A DNA stretch of 64,000 nucleotides, taken from a bacterium (lineage in GTDB: Bacteria > Desulfobacterota > Binatia > UBA12015). The position numbers and the translations under genes were made by a program. The stretch lies in contig JAUIFY010000001.1 in NCBI GenBank assembly GCA_030430245.1, positions 12,878 to 76,877 on the forward strand, in the 5' to 3' direction. Under the pieces are notes generated by a model, which ran no database searches, was not told the DNA's origin, and saw nothing but the letters and a program-made list of their open reading frames with translations. Shown piece by piece: positions 7,947 to 17,587 of this stretch (within the stretch, counting starts at the first letter, position 1; the number at the start of each line of letters is the position of its first letter).

Positions 7947-9874
7947 GCGAGGGAATCCGTCCCCAGGGCGAGCCGTTCGACGACGACGACGAGACCGTCG
8001 CGGAGGCGCTCGAGAGCGCGAACATCCCCGCGCTCCTGATGAGTCTCGTCCATCTCACGGGTGAGACCGAAGTCCTCCGGGGACCGATCCGTCCTACGAA
8101 GGTCGTCGGGCGGATGAGTCCCGGGATGCCGAAGAGCGAGAAGGCGGAAGTGCGAGCGATGCTGCTCGAGGCGCTGCGCGACTATCGGGATCGGGGCTTC
8201 ACCCTCCCGCCGCCTCCTTCGAGTGAAACCATCCACCGCATGATGAGCTTCGCGACGGGGGACGACGTTCCCGCGGAATACGTGCCGATGATGCGCGAGG
8301 AGATGGCGCTCGACGGATGCGACGCGCGGGAGGTGTCGTGGGACGACGTGCCGCCGGAGGCACGCGAGAAGGTTCGTGTGCTGGTGATCGGTGCGGGGAT
8401 GTCGGGACTACTCGCTGCGATCCGACTCGAGGAGCATGGTGTTCCGTACGACGTCGTCGAGAAGAACGACGCGGTCGGAGGGACCTGGCTCGAGAATTCG
8501 TACCCGGGGTGCCGTGTCGACGTCGCGAATCACTTCTACTGCTACTCGTTCGAGCCGAACCCCGATTGGACCGAGTACTTCGCCCGGCAGCCGGAGCTGC
8601 GGGCGTACTTCGAGGGCTGTGCGACGAAGTACGGGGTGAGGCCGCACATTCGATTCCGGACGGAGGTCGTTTCCGCCGCGTGGGACGAGGCGCGGTCCGT
8701 CTGGGACGTGCGCCTGCGGGGTCCCGATGGTCGCGAGGAGGAGCGGGCCTACCACGTGGTCATCAGCGGCGTCGGGCAGCTCAACCGCCCTCGGCTTCCG
8801 GAGATCGAGGGCCGCGAGACCTTCGCCGGTCCGTGGTTCCACTCGGCGCGTTGGGACCATGAGGTGCCCCTCGAGGGAAAGCGCGTCGGCGTGATCGGCA
8901 CGGGGGCGAGCGCGCTCCAGCTCGTCCCGGAAGTGGCGAAGCGCGCCGAGCGGCTCCACGTGTTTCAGCGCTCGGGCGCGTGGATGAGCCCGAATCCGAG
9001 CTACCACCGCAAGGTTCCGGCCGGAAAGCGGTGGCTTCTGCGCCACGTCCCCTACTACGCGCGGTGGTACCGCTTTCTTCTCTTCTGGCCGGCTTCCGAC
9101 GGACTCCTGCCGTCGCTGATCGTCGATCCCGCGTGGCCCCACCAGCATCGCTCCGTGAACGAGCAGAACGACCAGGTGCGCATCGCGTTCACCGAGTACA
9201 TGAAGCACCAGATCGGCGGCGATCCGGAGCTTCTCGCGAAGGTCGTCCCGACCTATCCGCCGTTCGTGAAGCGGATGCTGCAGGACAACGGGAGCTGGCT
9301 GGGAGCACTCACCCAGGATCACGTGGAGCTCGTCACCGACCCCATCGCGCGCATCACGCCTCGAGGGGTCGAGCTCGCCGGGGGGCGTTTGGTGGACCTC
9401 GACGTGATCGTCTTCGCGACCGGCTTCCTCGCGAACAAGTTCCTCTGGCCGATGAAGATCGTCGGCCGCAACGGTGCGACGCTGCGCGAAGTCTGGGGGG
9501 AGGATCCCTTCGCGTACCTGGGCATCACCGTTCCGCGGTTTCCGAACCTCTTCTGCCTCTACGGCCCGGGAACGAACCTGGCGCACGCCGGCAGCATCAT
9601 CTTCCACTCGGAGTGTCAGGTCCGGTACGTCATGGGGTGCCTGCGGGCCCTTCTGCGGGACGGCCACGCCTCGATGGAGTGCCGCGAGGACGTCGCGGCC
9701 GCATACGAGAAGCGACGGCTCGAGGCCACGGAGCGCACGGTGTGGGCGCATCGGGGAACGCGGAGCTGGTACAAGAACGACGCGGGGCGCGTGACCACCG
9801 TCTCGCCCTGGCGACTCGTGGACTACTGGGGCTGGACGCGCGAGCCGGACCTGGGCGACTTCGAGCTGCGGTAG
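7943..9874 (+). CDS. Baeyer-Villiger-type flavin monooxygenase with ~130-aa N-terminal extension
   Basis: Internal start MSEGIRPQG... of track ORF 5636..9874, with ATGA overlap onto the upstream stop. VLVIGAGMSGLLAAIRL is the FAD GxGxxG motif. FAGPWFHSARWD matches the BVMO fingerprint FxGxxxHxxxW[P/D]. GKRVGVIGTGASALQ is the NADPH site. Confidence 0.8.
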   Translation: MSEGIRPQGEPFDDDDETVAEALESANIPALLMSLVHLTGETEVLRGPIRPTKVVGRMSPGMPKSEKAEVRAMLLEALRDYRDRGFTLPPPPSSETIHRMMSFATGDDVPAEYVPMMREEMALDGCDAREVSWDDVPPEAREKVRVLVIGAGMSGLLAAIRLEEHGVPYDVVEKNDAVGGTWLENSYPGCRVDVANHFYCYSFEPNPDWTEYFARQPELRAYFEGCATKYGVRPHIRFRTEVVSAAWDEARSVWDVRLRGPDGREEERAYHVVISGVGQLNRPRLPEIEGRETFAGPWFHSARWDHEVPLEGKRVGVIGTGASALQLVPEVAKRAERLHVFQRSGAWMSPNPSYHRKVPAGKRWLLRHVPYYARWYRFLLFWPASDGLLPSLIVDPAWPHQHRSVNEQNDQVRIAFTEYMKHQIGGDPELLAKVVPTYPPFVKRMLQDNGSWLGALTQDHVELVTDPIARITPRGVELAGGRLVDLDVIVFATGFLANKFLWPMKIVGRNGATLREVWGEDPFAYLGITVPRFPNLFCLYGPGTNLAHAGSIIFHSECQVRYVMGCLRALLRDGHASMECREDVAAAYEKRRLEATERTVWAHRGTRSWYKNDAGRVTTVSPWRLVDYWGWTREPDLGDFELR

Positions 9875-9904
9875 GGTCTCGCACCGGGTCGACGGCACGA
9901 CGAC

Positions 9905-12844
9905 ATGTCCGATTGGAAAGCGCTGCTCGCGGAAGTGAAGGGCGAGTGCCCCTCCGGGCTCTGGTCGCAGGGAGTCGAGCTCGCGCGCGGAAATGCCGTC
10001 GCCGGCGACTCGCGCGATGGCGCGGAGTGGACGTTTCGCGTTCGTCTGCCGGGCGACGACGTCGCGCCGACCGTGATCCTCTACCCGGAGGACGCCGAAT
10101 GGGATTGCGACTGCGAGGGACCGTGCGATCCGTGTGAGCACGTCGCCGCGTGCGCCATCGCCGCGGCGCAGGATGCGGAGTCGCTCTTTCGGGGAGCGGG
10201 GCGTGTCGGTTCTCTCCGCTACGTGCTGCGCCGGACGGACGCCGGTGTGGTGGTCGATCGCTTTCTCGTGCTCGAGGAGGAAGAGCCGCGTCGCTTGGAA
10301 GAGTCGATCTACGATCTTCTCGAGCGCGAGGGAGCCGATCTGAACTTCGAGCCGAGTCGGGAGGATCTGGATCTCGACGTTCTCCTGGCGCGCCGGGACG
10401 AGCCGATCTCGTTCGAGCGTGCAAAGACGGTGTTGTCGGGGTTGGTCGGCGTGAAGGATCTGCGCCTCGACGGGCGGGAGGTGCGGGCCTCGGCCCAGGC
10501 GTCGTATCCCCGCGCCCGAATCGTCGATGGAACGGGAGGCGGAGTCGAGCTCGTTCTGGAGACGGATCCCGAGGTGGACGAGGTGGTCTCTCCGGGGATC
10601 GCGCGCCTCGGCGACCGTCTTCATCCGTTCGGTGCGGGGGCTCGCTTCGGGAAGGCCTGGGAGCGGCTTCCGTTTCGACGGGCGTTCGCGCGCGACGAGG
10701 TCGGTGAGCTCGTCGGCAAGGTCGTGCCGGAGCTCGAGCGCCACATCCGGGTCGACGTGCAGACCGATCGGCTCCCGGACCGGCAGAAGCGCGGGGAGCG
10801 CCTCGCGCCGTGGATCCAGTTCGAGATCGACACCGTTCCCGAGGGGACGGACGTTCTCGCCCGGATCGTCTACGGCGATCCTCCCGTCGCCCGACTGGAG
10901 GGCGACGAGCTGATCCATCTCCGAGGGGCGGTCCCGACGCGCGACCGGCCGGCCGAGAGGTCTCTCGCCCTGCGGCTGCGCGACGAGCTGAATCTCGCGT
11001 TGGAGCGGCGTGTTCGCTTCGACGCCGGCGATGCGGCGCGACTGCTCTCGGCGCTTTCTTCGTTCGACGACGGGCGGCCCGCCGCGAAGCGAAAGGAGCT
11101 CGAAGACAGGCCGGAGCTCGCGCCACGCCTCCTCTCGGATCCGTCGGGCGGCTCGGGGCCGGAGCTCGTGTTCGATCCGGTGGGAGCCGCGGGCACCGAT
11201 CTGGCATCGGTCGGCGCGGAAGCGGTTCTCGCGGCCTGGCGGCAGGGCCAGAGCCTCGTCCCGCTCGCCGGCGGCGGCTTCGCGAGGGTTCCGGAGGGCT
11301 GGCTGGAGCGGCACGGGCACCTCGTGGCGGACCTTCTCGCGGCGCGCGAGCAGAACGAGGGGCGGATTCCGACGGCCGCGCTTCCGGTCCTGGCCGAGCT
11401 GTGCGAGGCCATGGAGGCGCCGCCCCCCTTCGAGGTGGAGCGCCTGCGCGGCCTTCTCGACGGTGCGGGGTCGGCCGATGCGGTGTCCCTCCCGGCCGGC
11501 TTCCGCGGCGATCTACGGGCGTACCAGCAGGAGGGCGTCGGGTGGCTCACGCGTCTTCGCGACGCGGGGTTGGGTGCGATCCTGGCGGACGACATGGGTC
11601 TCGGGAAGACGGTGCAGGCCCTCTGCGCGATTCGCGGTCGAACGCTGGTCGTCTGTCCGCGGAGCGTCATTCACAACTGGAGCCGAGAGACCGCACGCTT
11701 TCGCCCGGATCTCTCGGTCGCCCTCTATCACGGTCCGCGGCGCGCGTTGACGGACGCGGACGTGACGCTCACGACCTATGCCACGATGCGGAACGACGTC
11801 GACGTGCTGGCCGACGTCGAGTGGGATGCGGTCGTTCTCGACGAGGCGCAGGCGATCAAGAATCCCGACAGCCAGGTCGCCCGCGCGACGTACCGACTCC
11901 GCGCCGGCTTTCGCCTCTCGCTCTCCGGCACGCCCGTGGAGAATCGGCTGGACGAGCTGTGGAGCCAGATGCATTTCGCGAACCGAGGCCTCCTCGGAGG
12001 CCGTCGCGACTTCGCGGAGCGCTACGAGAAGCCGATCCTCGACGGGAGCGCGGAAGTGACCGATCGGTTGCAGCGGCGGCTGCGCCCCTTCCTGCTGCGT
12101 CGCCTCAAGAGAGAGGTGGCGCGAGACCTGCCGCCGCGGACCGAAGCGCTTCTGTATTGCGAGCTCGACGACGAGGAGCGCGCGCTCTACGACGGGGTGC
12201 GTGCGGCGTCACGGGCGGACGTCGTGAAGCAGCTCGGGGAGGGGACGAACGTCATCGCCGCGCTCGAAGCGCTGCTCCGACTACGGCAGGCCGCGTGTCA
12301 TCGCGGGCTCCTTCCGGGGCGCTCGGCGGAGTCGTCGTCGAAGGTGGATGCCCTGTGCGACGCTCTCGACGACGCGGTCGCCGATGGGCACAAGGCGCTC
12401 GTGTTCTCGCAGTGGACGGGAATGCTCGACCTCGTCGAGCCTCATCTCGAACGGCACGAGATCCGCTTCGCGCGGATCGACGGGTCGACGAGGGATCGTG
12501 CCGCCGTCGTGGACGCCTTCCAGGACGAAGCCGGGCCTCCGGTGCTTCTCATCTCCCTGACCGCGGGGGGCACGGGTCTGAACCTGACGGCGGCCGATCA
12601 CGTCTTCCTGCTCGACCCCTGGTGGAACCCGGCGGTCGAAGAGCAGGCGGCGGATCGCGCGCACCGCATCGGCCAGGATCGTCCGGTGATGATCTATCGA
12701 CTGGTGGCCAAGGACACCGTCGAGGAGCGTGTCCTCGATCTCCAGGCGCGGAAGCGGGAGATCGCCGAGAGCGCCCTCTCGGGCGCCGCCGTCGGTCGGG
12801 GCGGCGTCACGCGTGAGGAGATCCTGGCGCTCCTGGCCGACTGA
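9905..12844 (+). CDS. SNF2-family DNA-dependent ATPase/helicase with N-terminal SWIM zinc finger
   Basis: SWIM motif [19 protein letters not shown]2 motifs [52 protein letters not shown] and helicase C-terminal [23 protein letters not shown]. 979 aa. Confidence 0.85.
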   Translation: MSDWKALLAEVKGECPSGLWSQGVELARGNAVAGDSRDGAEWTFRVRLPGDDVAPTVILYPEDAEWDCDCEGPCDPCEHVAACAIAAAQDAESLFRGAGRVGSLRYVLRRTDAGVVVDRFLVLEEEEPRRLEESIYDLLEREGADLNFEPSREDLDLDVLLARRDEPISFERAKTVLSGLVGVKDLRLDGREVRASAQASYPRARIVDGTGGGVELVLETDPEVDEVVSPGIARLGDRLHPFGAGARFGKAWERLPFRRAFARDEVGELVGKVVPELERHIRVDVQTDRLPDRQKRGERLAPWIQFEIDTVPEGTDVLARIVYGDPPVARLEGDELIHLRGAVPTRDRPAERSLALRLRDELNLALERRVRFDAGDAARLLSALSSFDDGRPAAKRKELEDRPELAPRLLSDPSGGSGPELVFDPVGAAGTDLASVGAEAVLAAWRQGQSLVPLAGGGFARVPEGWLERHGHLVADLLAAREQNEGRIPTAALPVLAELCEAMEAPPPFEVERLRGLLDGAGSADAVSLPAGFRGDLRAYQQEGVGWLTRLRDAGLGAILADDMGLGKTVQALCAIRGRTLVVCPRSVIHNWSRETARFRPDLSVALYHGPRRALTDADVTLTTYATMRNDVDVLADVEWDAVVLDEAQAIKNPDSQVARATYRLRAGFRLSLSGTPVENRLDELWSQMHFANRGLLGGRRDFAERYEKPILDGSAEVTDRLQRRLRPFLLRRLKREVARDLPPRTEALLYCELDDEERALYDGVRAASRADVVKQLGEGTNVIAALEALLRLRQAACHRGLLPGRSAESSSKVDALCDALDDAVADGHKALVFSQWTGMLDLVEPHLERHEIRFARIDGSTRDRAAVVDAFQDEAGPPVLLISLTAGGTGLNLTAADHVFLLDPWWNPAVEEQAADRAHRIGQDRPVMIYRLVAKDTVEERVLDLQARKREIAESALSGAAVGRGGVTREEILALLAD

Positions 12845-12847
12845 GCC

Positions 12848-14473
12848 TCACTTGCAGAATCCACCGCCGAGAAACTCGTACGGCTGGCAGTCGTAGATCA
12901 GTCGTCCGGCTTCCCCGTGCATCCAATCCAGCGATCGGATCGCGTGGGGCGGCGGCATGCCGGGCGCGGGGGCGTCCTGCAGCAGGTCCAGAGGGATCGG
13001 GTAGGTGGCCCAGTCCTTCGGTGCACGCCAGCCGGGCGGTGGCACGAGCTGGTGGCGCGTTCCGGCGATCGGATGGATCTGGCGCCACTGGTGGATCGCC
13101 TTGGCCATCTCGGCCACGGTCTCGGGATGCTCCTGGGCCAGGTTGACGTACTCGTAGGGGTCCTCGGACGTGCGGAAGAGGTTGTTCGTGACCTGGACCG
13201 ACATGAGGCCCGTCCGTACCTGCTGAACGAGCTTCCACTCGTCGTTGAAGGCGGTGAGGTTGAAGTAGCCGCTGATCGGCGTCTCCGAAGCGAAGAACAG
13301 ATACTCTTCCCGCGGCACGTGCCGCTGCTCGCGGATCGCGTTCCAGAGGTTGCGGCCGTCGAGGTCGAAGTGGTTCCCGCGGGGGACGCCGGCGGCGGCG
13401 GTGAGTGTCGGGAACAGATCCATCGCCGACATGATGCTGTCGAAGCGTGTTCCCGGCTGGATCTCGGCAGGGTAGCGCAGGGCCGCCACGACGCGGATGC
13501 CTCCTTCGAACGTGTCGCCCTTGCCGCCGCGGAGCGGCACGTTGTCGGCACCGCCGGTCGCGTACGCGGCTCCGCCGTTGTCGCTGAACACGAGGACGAT
13601 CGTGTTCTCGGCGATGCCCTCGGCGTCGAGCGTGTCGAGAACGCGGCCGATCGCTCGATCCATCGCATCGACGACGGCGGCATACACGGGCCGGGCACTG
13701 GGCTGGAGCAGGAGGCGGCGCATCAAGCGTGACTGCTCGGTTTGCGGGCTCCTCGTGTCCTCGCGGTCGTCTTCCATGTCGGCGTACTTCGCGAGCAGAT
13801 CATCGGGCGCCTCGAGCGGCGTGTGCGGCGCGATGAACGGCATGTAGAGAAAGAAGGGGCGGCTCGCGTCGCGTGCCTTGATCCAGCGTTCCGCCTCGTC
13901 GGCGAGCACGAACGTCTCGTAGCCCTCTCCCTCGATCGACGTGCCGTTCGACTGGAAGTCGCGTCCGTTCTGTGCCGCGAAGGGGGGAAAGTAGCCGACC
14001 TCGGTGTGAAGATGGCCGTAGAAGTGGTCGAAGCCGCGCTCGTTGGGGTGGTAGGTTTGCTGTGCGTGTCCGAGATGCCACTTGCCGACCATCGCCGTCT
14101 GGTAGCCGGCGGCCTGGAAGCTCTGCGGCATGAAGTGCTCCGAGGGATGAACGCCGTTCGTCATCCACGGCATGATCACCCCGTACGCGACCCCGAGACG
14201 CATGGGGTCCCGACCGGTCATGAGAGCCGCCCGCGTCGGCGAGCAGATTGGAGTGCTGTAGAAGCGATGCAGCTCGACGCCTTCCGCGGCGATCCGGTCG
14301 ATCGCCGGCGTCTCGATCACTTCCTCGCCATGGAAGCCGACATCGGACCATCCGAGGTCGTCGGCCAGGAAGATCACGACGTTCGGTCGCGCGTCCGGCG
14401 CCGCCAGCGCGGTGGCCGGGCCGAGTGCGAGGAACGAGGCGAGGAGGGCGGTGCGCAGGAGCATGGGGAGCAC
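12848..14473 (-). CDS. Arylsulfatase (formylglycine-dependent sulfatase family), secreted
   Basis: Signal peptide MLPMLLRTALLASFLALGPATALA. Sulfatase signature CSPTRAALMTGR (C-x-P-x-R) and GKWHLG. Confidence 0.85.
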   Translation of the reverse strand: MLPMLLRTALLASFLALGPATALAAPDARPNVVIFLADDLGWSDVGFHGEEVIETPAIDRIAAEGVELHRFYSTPICSPTRAALMTGRDPMRLGVAYGVIMPWMTNGVHPSEHFMPQSFQAAGYQTAMVGKWHLGHAQQTYHPNERGFDHFYGHLHTEVGYFPPFAAQNGRDFQSNGTSIEGEGYETFVLADEAERWIKARDASRPFFLYMPFIAPHTPLEAPDDLLAKYADMEDDREDTRSPQTEQSRLMRRLLLQPSARPVYAAVVDAMDRAIGRVLDTLDAEGIAENTIVLVFSDNGGAAYATGGADNVPLRGGKGDTFEGGIRVVAALRYPAEIQPGTRFDSIMSAMDLFPTLTAAAGVPRGNHFDLDGRNLWNAIREQRHVPREEYLFFASETPISGYFNLTAFNDEWKLVQQVRTGLMSVQVTNNLFRTSEDPYEYVNLAQEHPETVAEMAKAIHQWRQIHPIAGTRHQLVPPPGWRAPKDWATYPIPLDLLQDAPAPGMPPPHAIRSLDWMHGEAGRLIYDCQPYEFLGGGFCK

Positions 14474-14625
14474 TTAGCGCGGTGGCGCGGGGCGGTCCAC
14501 GTCGCTTCGCCGGGACCGAGGCCCGCACCGATCTCGCGTCGACGGCCGAGGCGTGTGATTTCGCACGTCGCCGATTGATCGAACGACGGACTCCGTGCTG
14601 GAACGGATCGAATGGATGCGTACGA

Positions 14626-16005
14626 ATGAGCACGGAGGGTGGGGAGACCGGTCGCGAGATCGGGACCGTCGGTGCGACCGCGATCGTCGCCGGGGCGATG
14701 CTCGGCGTCGGCATCTTCCTGACGCCGCATCTGGTCGCGCAGAGCATCTCGTCGCCGGGGCTCTTCCTTCTACTCTGGGCTCTCGGGGGGGTGCTCGCGG
14801 TGGCCGGCGCCGTGACCTACGGCGAGCTCGGCGCGATGATGTCCGATGCGGGCGGCGACTACGTCTACCTCGGGCGCGCGTTCGGGCCGACGCTGGGCTT
14901 CGCCGCCGGTGTCGTGCTGTTCGTCGGCGTGTTCGGTGGTTCGATCGCGAGCATGTCGGCGGCGTTGAGCCAGTACCAGCTGAGCCTCCTCTTCGGACGG
15001 GTCGGGGTCGATCTGGCCGCCCCGTGGGTTCCTCTCGGCGGAGACGCGAGCCTCACGGGCGTCGAGATCGTCGCGATCGCTCTCGTCCTCGGGCTGACGA
15101 CGTTGAACGTACTGGGCGTGCGGTTGTCTGCGCACACACAGACGCTCCTCACCCTCGTGCCGGTCGTCGTGCTGTCCGGGTTCGCCGTGTTCGCGCTCCT
15201 CACCGCACCCCACGCGACCGCCGTGCCGCCCTCCGCTCCGTCCGGTGGGTCCGCGGCGATCGGAGAGGCGCTCCTGAACATCTACTTCGCGTACGCCGGC
15301 TGGAACGCGGTGGCGTACGTGGGGGGGGAGGTCGCGAATCCGGGGCGCACGATTCCCCGGGCGCTCCTTCTCGGTACGGGCCTCGTGACCGGCCTGTATC
15401 TCCTGTTGTGCGCTTCGTGGATCGCGGTGCTCGGCATGGGTGGCATCGCGCACGCCTTCGAGTCGGGGACCGCGGCGGCCCGCGCCCTGTTCGGACCGAA
15501 CGCCGAGTGGATGGTCGCCCTCATCATCGCGATCGCCCTCGTCGGTTCGGTGAACGCGACCGTCCTGGGCGGGGCGCGCATCGGGTACGCGATGGGAAGG
15601 GACGGCGCGCTGCCGGCGTCCCTCGGCGAGCTGTCTCCGGGTGCTCGGGTTCCCGCGCGGGCGCTCTGGGCGCAAGCGGCCTTGTCGATCGCGCTCGTGG
15701 TGACGGGAACGTTCGAGGAGCTCGTCCAGCTCACCAGCGTGGCGATGTTTCTCCTGGGGTCGCTCACCGTGCTCGCGCTGTTCACGCTCCGACGCCGCGA
15801 GCCGGACGTCGAGCGCCCCTACCGGGCGAGTCTCTACCCGGTTCTGCCGAGCCTCTACCTGCTGACCGCCGTCGCCGTCGTCGGGCTCGAGGTGCGGAAC
15901 TACGTGGCGGGGGACGCGGAATCGGGCCTGCCCCTCCTCGGCATCGGCGTGTTCGTGGGCGTCTGGTCCATACGCCGCGCCTTTCGCGGTCGGGGCGCGG
16001 CGTGA
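14626..16005 (+). CDS. APC-superfamily amino acid permease
   Basis: MSTEGGETGREIGTVGATAIVAGAMLGVGIFLTP... about 12 TM helices. The in-frame ATG inside track ORF 14248..16005 was chosen because upstream residues are Arg-rich junk. Confidence 0.8.
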   Translation: MSTEGGETGREIGTVGATAIVAGAMLGVGIFLTPHLVAQSISSPGLFLLLWALGGVLAVAGAVTYGELGAMMSDAGGDYVYLGRAFGPTLGFAAGVVLFVGVFGGSIASMSAALSQYQLSLLFGRVGVDLAAPWVPLGGDASLTGVEIVAIALVLGLTTLNVLGVRLSAHTQTLLTLVPVVVLSGFAVFALLTAPHATAVPPSAPSGGSAAIGEALLNIYFAYAGWNAVAYVGGEVANPGRTIPRALLLGTGLVTGLYLLLCASWIAVLGMGGIAHAFESGTAAARALFGPNAEWMVALIIAIALVGSVNATVLGGARIGYAMGRDGALPASLGELSPGARVPARALWAQAALSIALVVTGTFEELVQLTSVAMFLLGSLTVLALFTLRRREPDVERPYRASLYPVLPSLYLLTAVAVVGLEVRNYVAGDAESGLPLLGIGVFVGVWSIRRAFRGRGAA

Positions 16006-16508
16006 GCTCGACCGTCGAGATCGCCGTGATCGGTCGCGCGCGCACGCCGTGGACGCGACGGGAAGATGCTCCCCACCAGCCGACCGCTTCGCCGGGACGC
16101 GAGGGAGTGCTGGAGATCGCGGCGGAATATGCGCCCGCCCTGGCCGATCTCGAGACGTTCGACCGGATCTGGATCGTGTTCCTGTTCGATCGGAGTCGAG
16201 GCTGGACGGCTCGCGTGAAGCCGCCGCGCGGTGGTCCGAAGCGGGGAGTGTTCGCGACGCGGGCTCCCGACCGGCCGTCGAGGATCGGGCTCACGAACGT
16301 CGAGGTCGACGAGGTCGACGTCGCTTCGGGCATCGTGCGCGTCCGTGGGCTCGACCTCCTCGATGGCACGCCCGTCCTCGATGTGAAGCCCTACCTTCCG
16401 GCGACCGACGCGTGGCCGGACGCGGGCAGCGGCTGGCTCGAGGAGTATCTCGAGGCGGGAATCGAGCCCCGCTTGAAGAAGCCCTACCGGCCGATCCGTC
16501 CTCGTTGA
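16002..16508 (+). CDS. trmO: TrmO/TsaA (YaeB)-family tRNA methyltransferase-like protein
   Basis: GTG start with GTGA overlap onto the permease stop. RIGLTNVEVDEVDVASGIVRVRGLDLLDGTPVLDVKPY is the conserved TsaA beta-barrel motif. It is the C-terminal 168 aa of track ORF 14595..16508. Confidence 0.65.
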   Translation: MSSTVEIAVIGRARTPWTRREDAPHQPTASPGREGVLEIAAEYAPALADLETFDRIWIVFLFDRSRGWTARVKPPRGGPKRGVFATRAPDRPSRIGLTNVEVDEVDVASGIVRVRGLDLLDGTPVLDVKPYLPATDAWPDAGSGWLEEYLEAGIEPRLKKPYRPIRPR

Positions 16509-16582
16509 ACCGGAGGCGCCGTCGGCGACCCAGGGCGTGGAGAGAAGGTGCGGCTCCGTCGCCCCGATCTCGCGTGAGCCGG

Positions 16583-17272
16583 CTACGGGCGGAGAAACGC
16601 GAACGCCTCTCGCAACCGATCGCGGCCGCCGGTCTCGAGCACGACGCCGTGCGAGACCACGACGCGGTCGAAGTCCCAGGCGAGGATGCGGTCGAGGGAG
16701 CGGGCGGCCGCGGCGCGGTCCCGGAGGCCGAAGCGGACGATCCGGTGTGGGCCGAAGCGGCCGTTCGCACCGACGAGACGGTGAAACAGCGGCGCACCGT
16801 CGGGTGTGCCCGCAGGACGGTGGAACGCGAGATCGGTCAGGATCAGCGTCCGGCTCGGCCGGTGGTGGAACGCGACCTCGTTCATGAGGGGAGCCCCCTC
16901 GACGGCGACGAGATCGAGCACGCCCTCCCACTCGGCGGGCGTCTCGGCCGGGATCTCGCGCACGAACGGCAGGTCGCGGCGCTTCTCCGCGAGACCGGGG
17001 GCGCCGCAGAGCACGGCCTCGGGATACGCGGCGAGCCAGTCGGCGAGGTAGAAGTGGTGGACGAGGCACGGGCCGACGATCCAGCGAACGGTGCCGAGCG
17101 CGTCGACGGCTTCGCGCGTCGCGTCGTCGAGCTCGACCGGCGAGTGCAGGACGAGGGCGCCGTCGGCGAGGCGAACGACGGTCATGCGCGATCCGACGTC
17201 CCCGATCCAGAGTCGCAGCGGACGGCTGGCGATCCAGAGGTCGGAGTCGAGCTGCTCGAGCGGCGTTTCCAC
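16583..17272 (-). CDS. DUF4336-like domain protein
   Basis: WIASRPLRLWIGDVGSRMTVVRLADGALVLHSPVELDDATREAVDALGTVRWIVGP. GTG start chosen inside track ORF 16583..17458, whose upstream part is Arg-rich junk. Confidence 0.5.
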   Translation of the reverse strand: METPLEQLDSDLWIASRPLRLWIGDVGSRMTVVRLADGALVLHSPVELDDATREAVDALGTVRWIVGPCLVHHFYLADWLAAYPEAVLCGAPGLAEKRRDLPFVREIPAETPAEWEGVLDLVAVEGAPLMNEVAFHHRPSRTLILTDLAFHRPAGTPDGAPLFHRLVGANGRFGPHRIVRFGLRDRAAAARSLDRILAWDFDRVVVSHGVVLETGGRDRLREAFAFLRP

Positions 17273-17300
17273 GTCGGGAAGGCTAGACCATCCGACGAGG

Positions 17301-17570
17301 ATGCAAAGGGGAGTCGTCTCGAAGCCCGGATCCGCACCGAAACCGGGGGGCGATCGTGCGAGCGGGCGCCGTCGTCGAAGCCTGGCGCTCGCGCTCTTCG
17401 CGCTTGCCGCCTGCGATCTCGGGCCGGTCACCGAGGCGCCGGTCCCGGCGGAGTGCACGGCGATCGGGGCGCGGTGCCAGCGGCCCGATGGTCCGATCGG
17501 CGTCTGCCAGATGACGAACTGTGCTCCGGGTGTCGCGCCCCCGTGCTACGCCTGTACGCCGCAGCACTGA
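17301..17570 (+). CDS. Small Cys-rich lipoprotein (89 aa)
   Basis: MQRGVVSKPGSAPKPGGDRASGRRRRSLALALFALAACDLG has a lipobox LAAC. The mature part has 6 further Cys (ECTAIGARCQRPDGPIGVCQMTNCAPGVAPPCYACTPQH). Confidence 0.4.
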   Translation: MQRGVVSKPGSAPKPGGDRASGRRRRSLALALFALAACDLGPVTEAPVPAECTAIGARCQRPDGPIGVCQMTNCAPGVAPPCYACTPQH

Positions 17571-17587
17571 CCGGCGGGAGGTGGCCG

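Noticed and set aside
5636-9874. 1412-aa ORF spanning MBOAT, SGNH and BVMO genes
   Set aside because: Only its last 643 aa (from 7943) is a real protein (BVMO). The upstream 770 aa are Arg/Pro-rich read-through in an alternative frame of the MBOAT and SGNH genes.
8408-11320. 970-aa minus ORF and 9630..11207 minus 525-aa ORF
   Set aside because: Antisense to the BVMO and SWIM-SNF2 genes. Arg-rich low-complexity sequence with no domain signatures.
10810-12816. 668-aa plus ORF inside the helicase gene
   Set aside because: Alternative frame of the SNF2 helicase. Arg/Gly-rich, no motifs. The helicase frame carries all conserved SNF2 motifs.
12898-14578. ORFs 12898..13698 minus, 12917..13732 plus, 13742..14578 plus, 13800..14747 minus within or antisense to the arylsulfatase
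   Set aside because: Shadow ORFs. The sulfatase frame has the CSPTR signature and a signal peptide.
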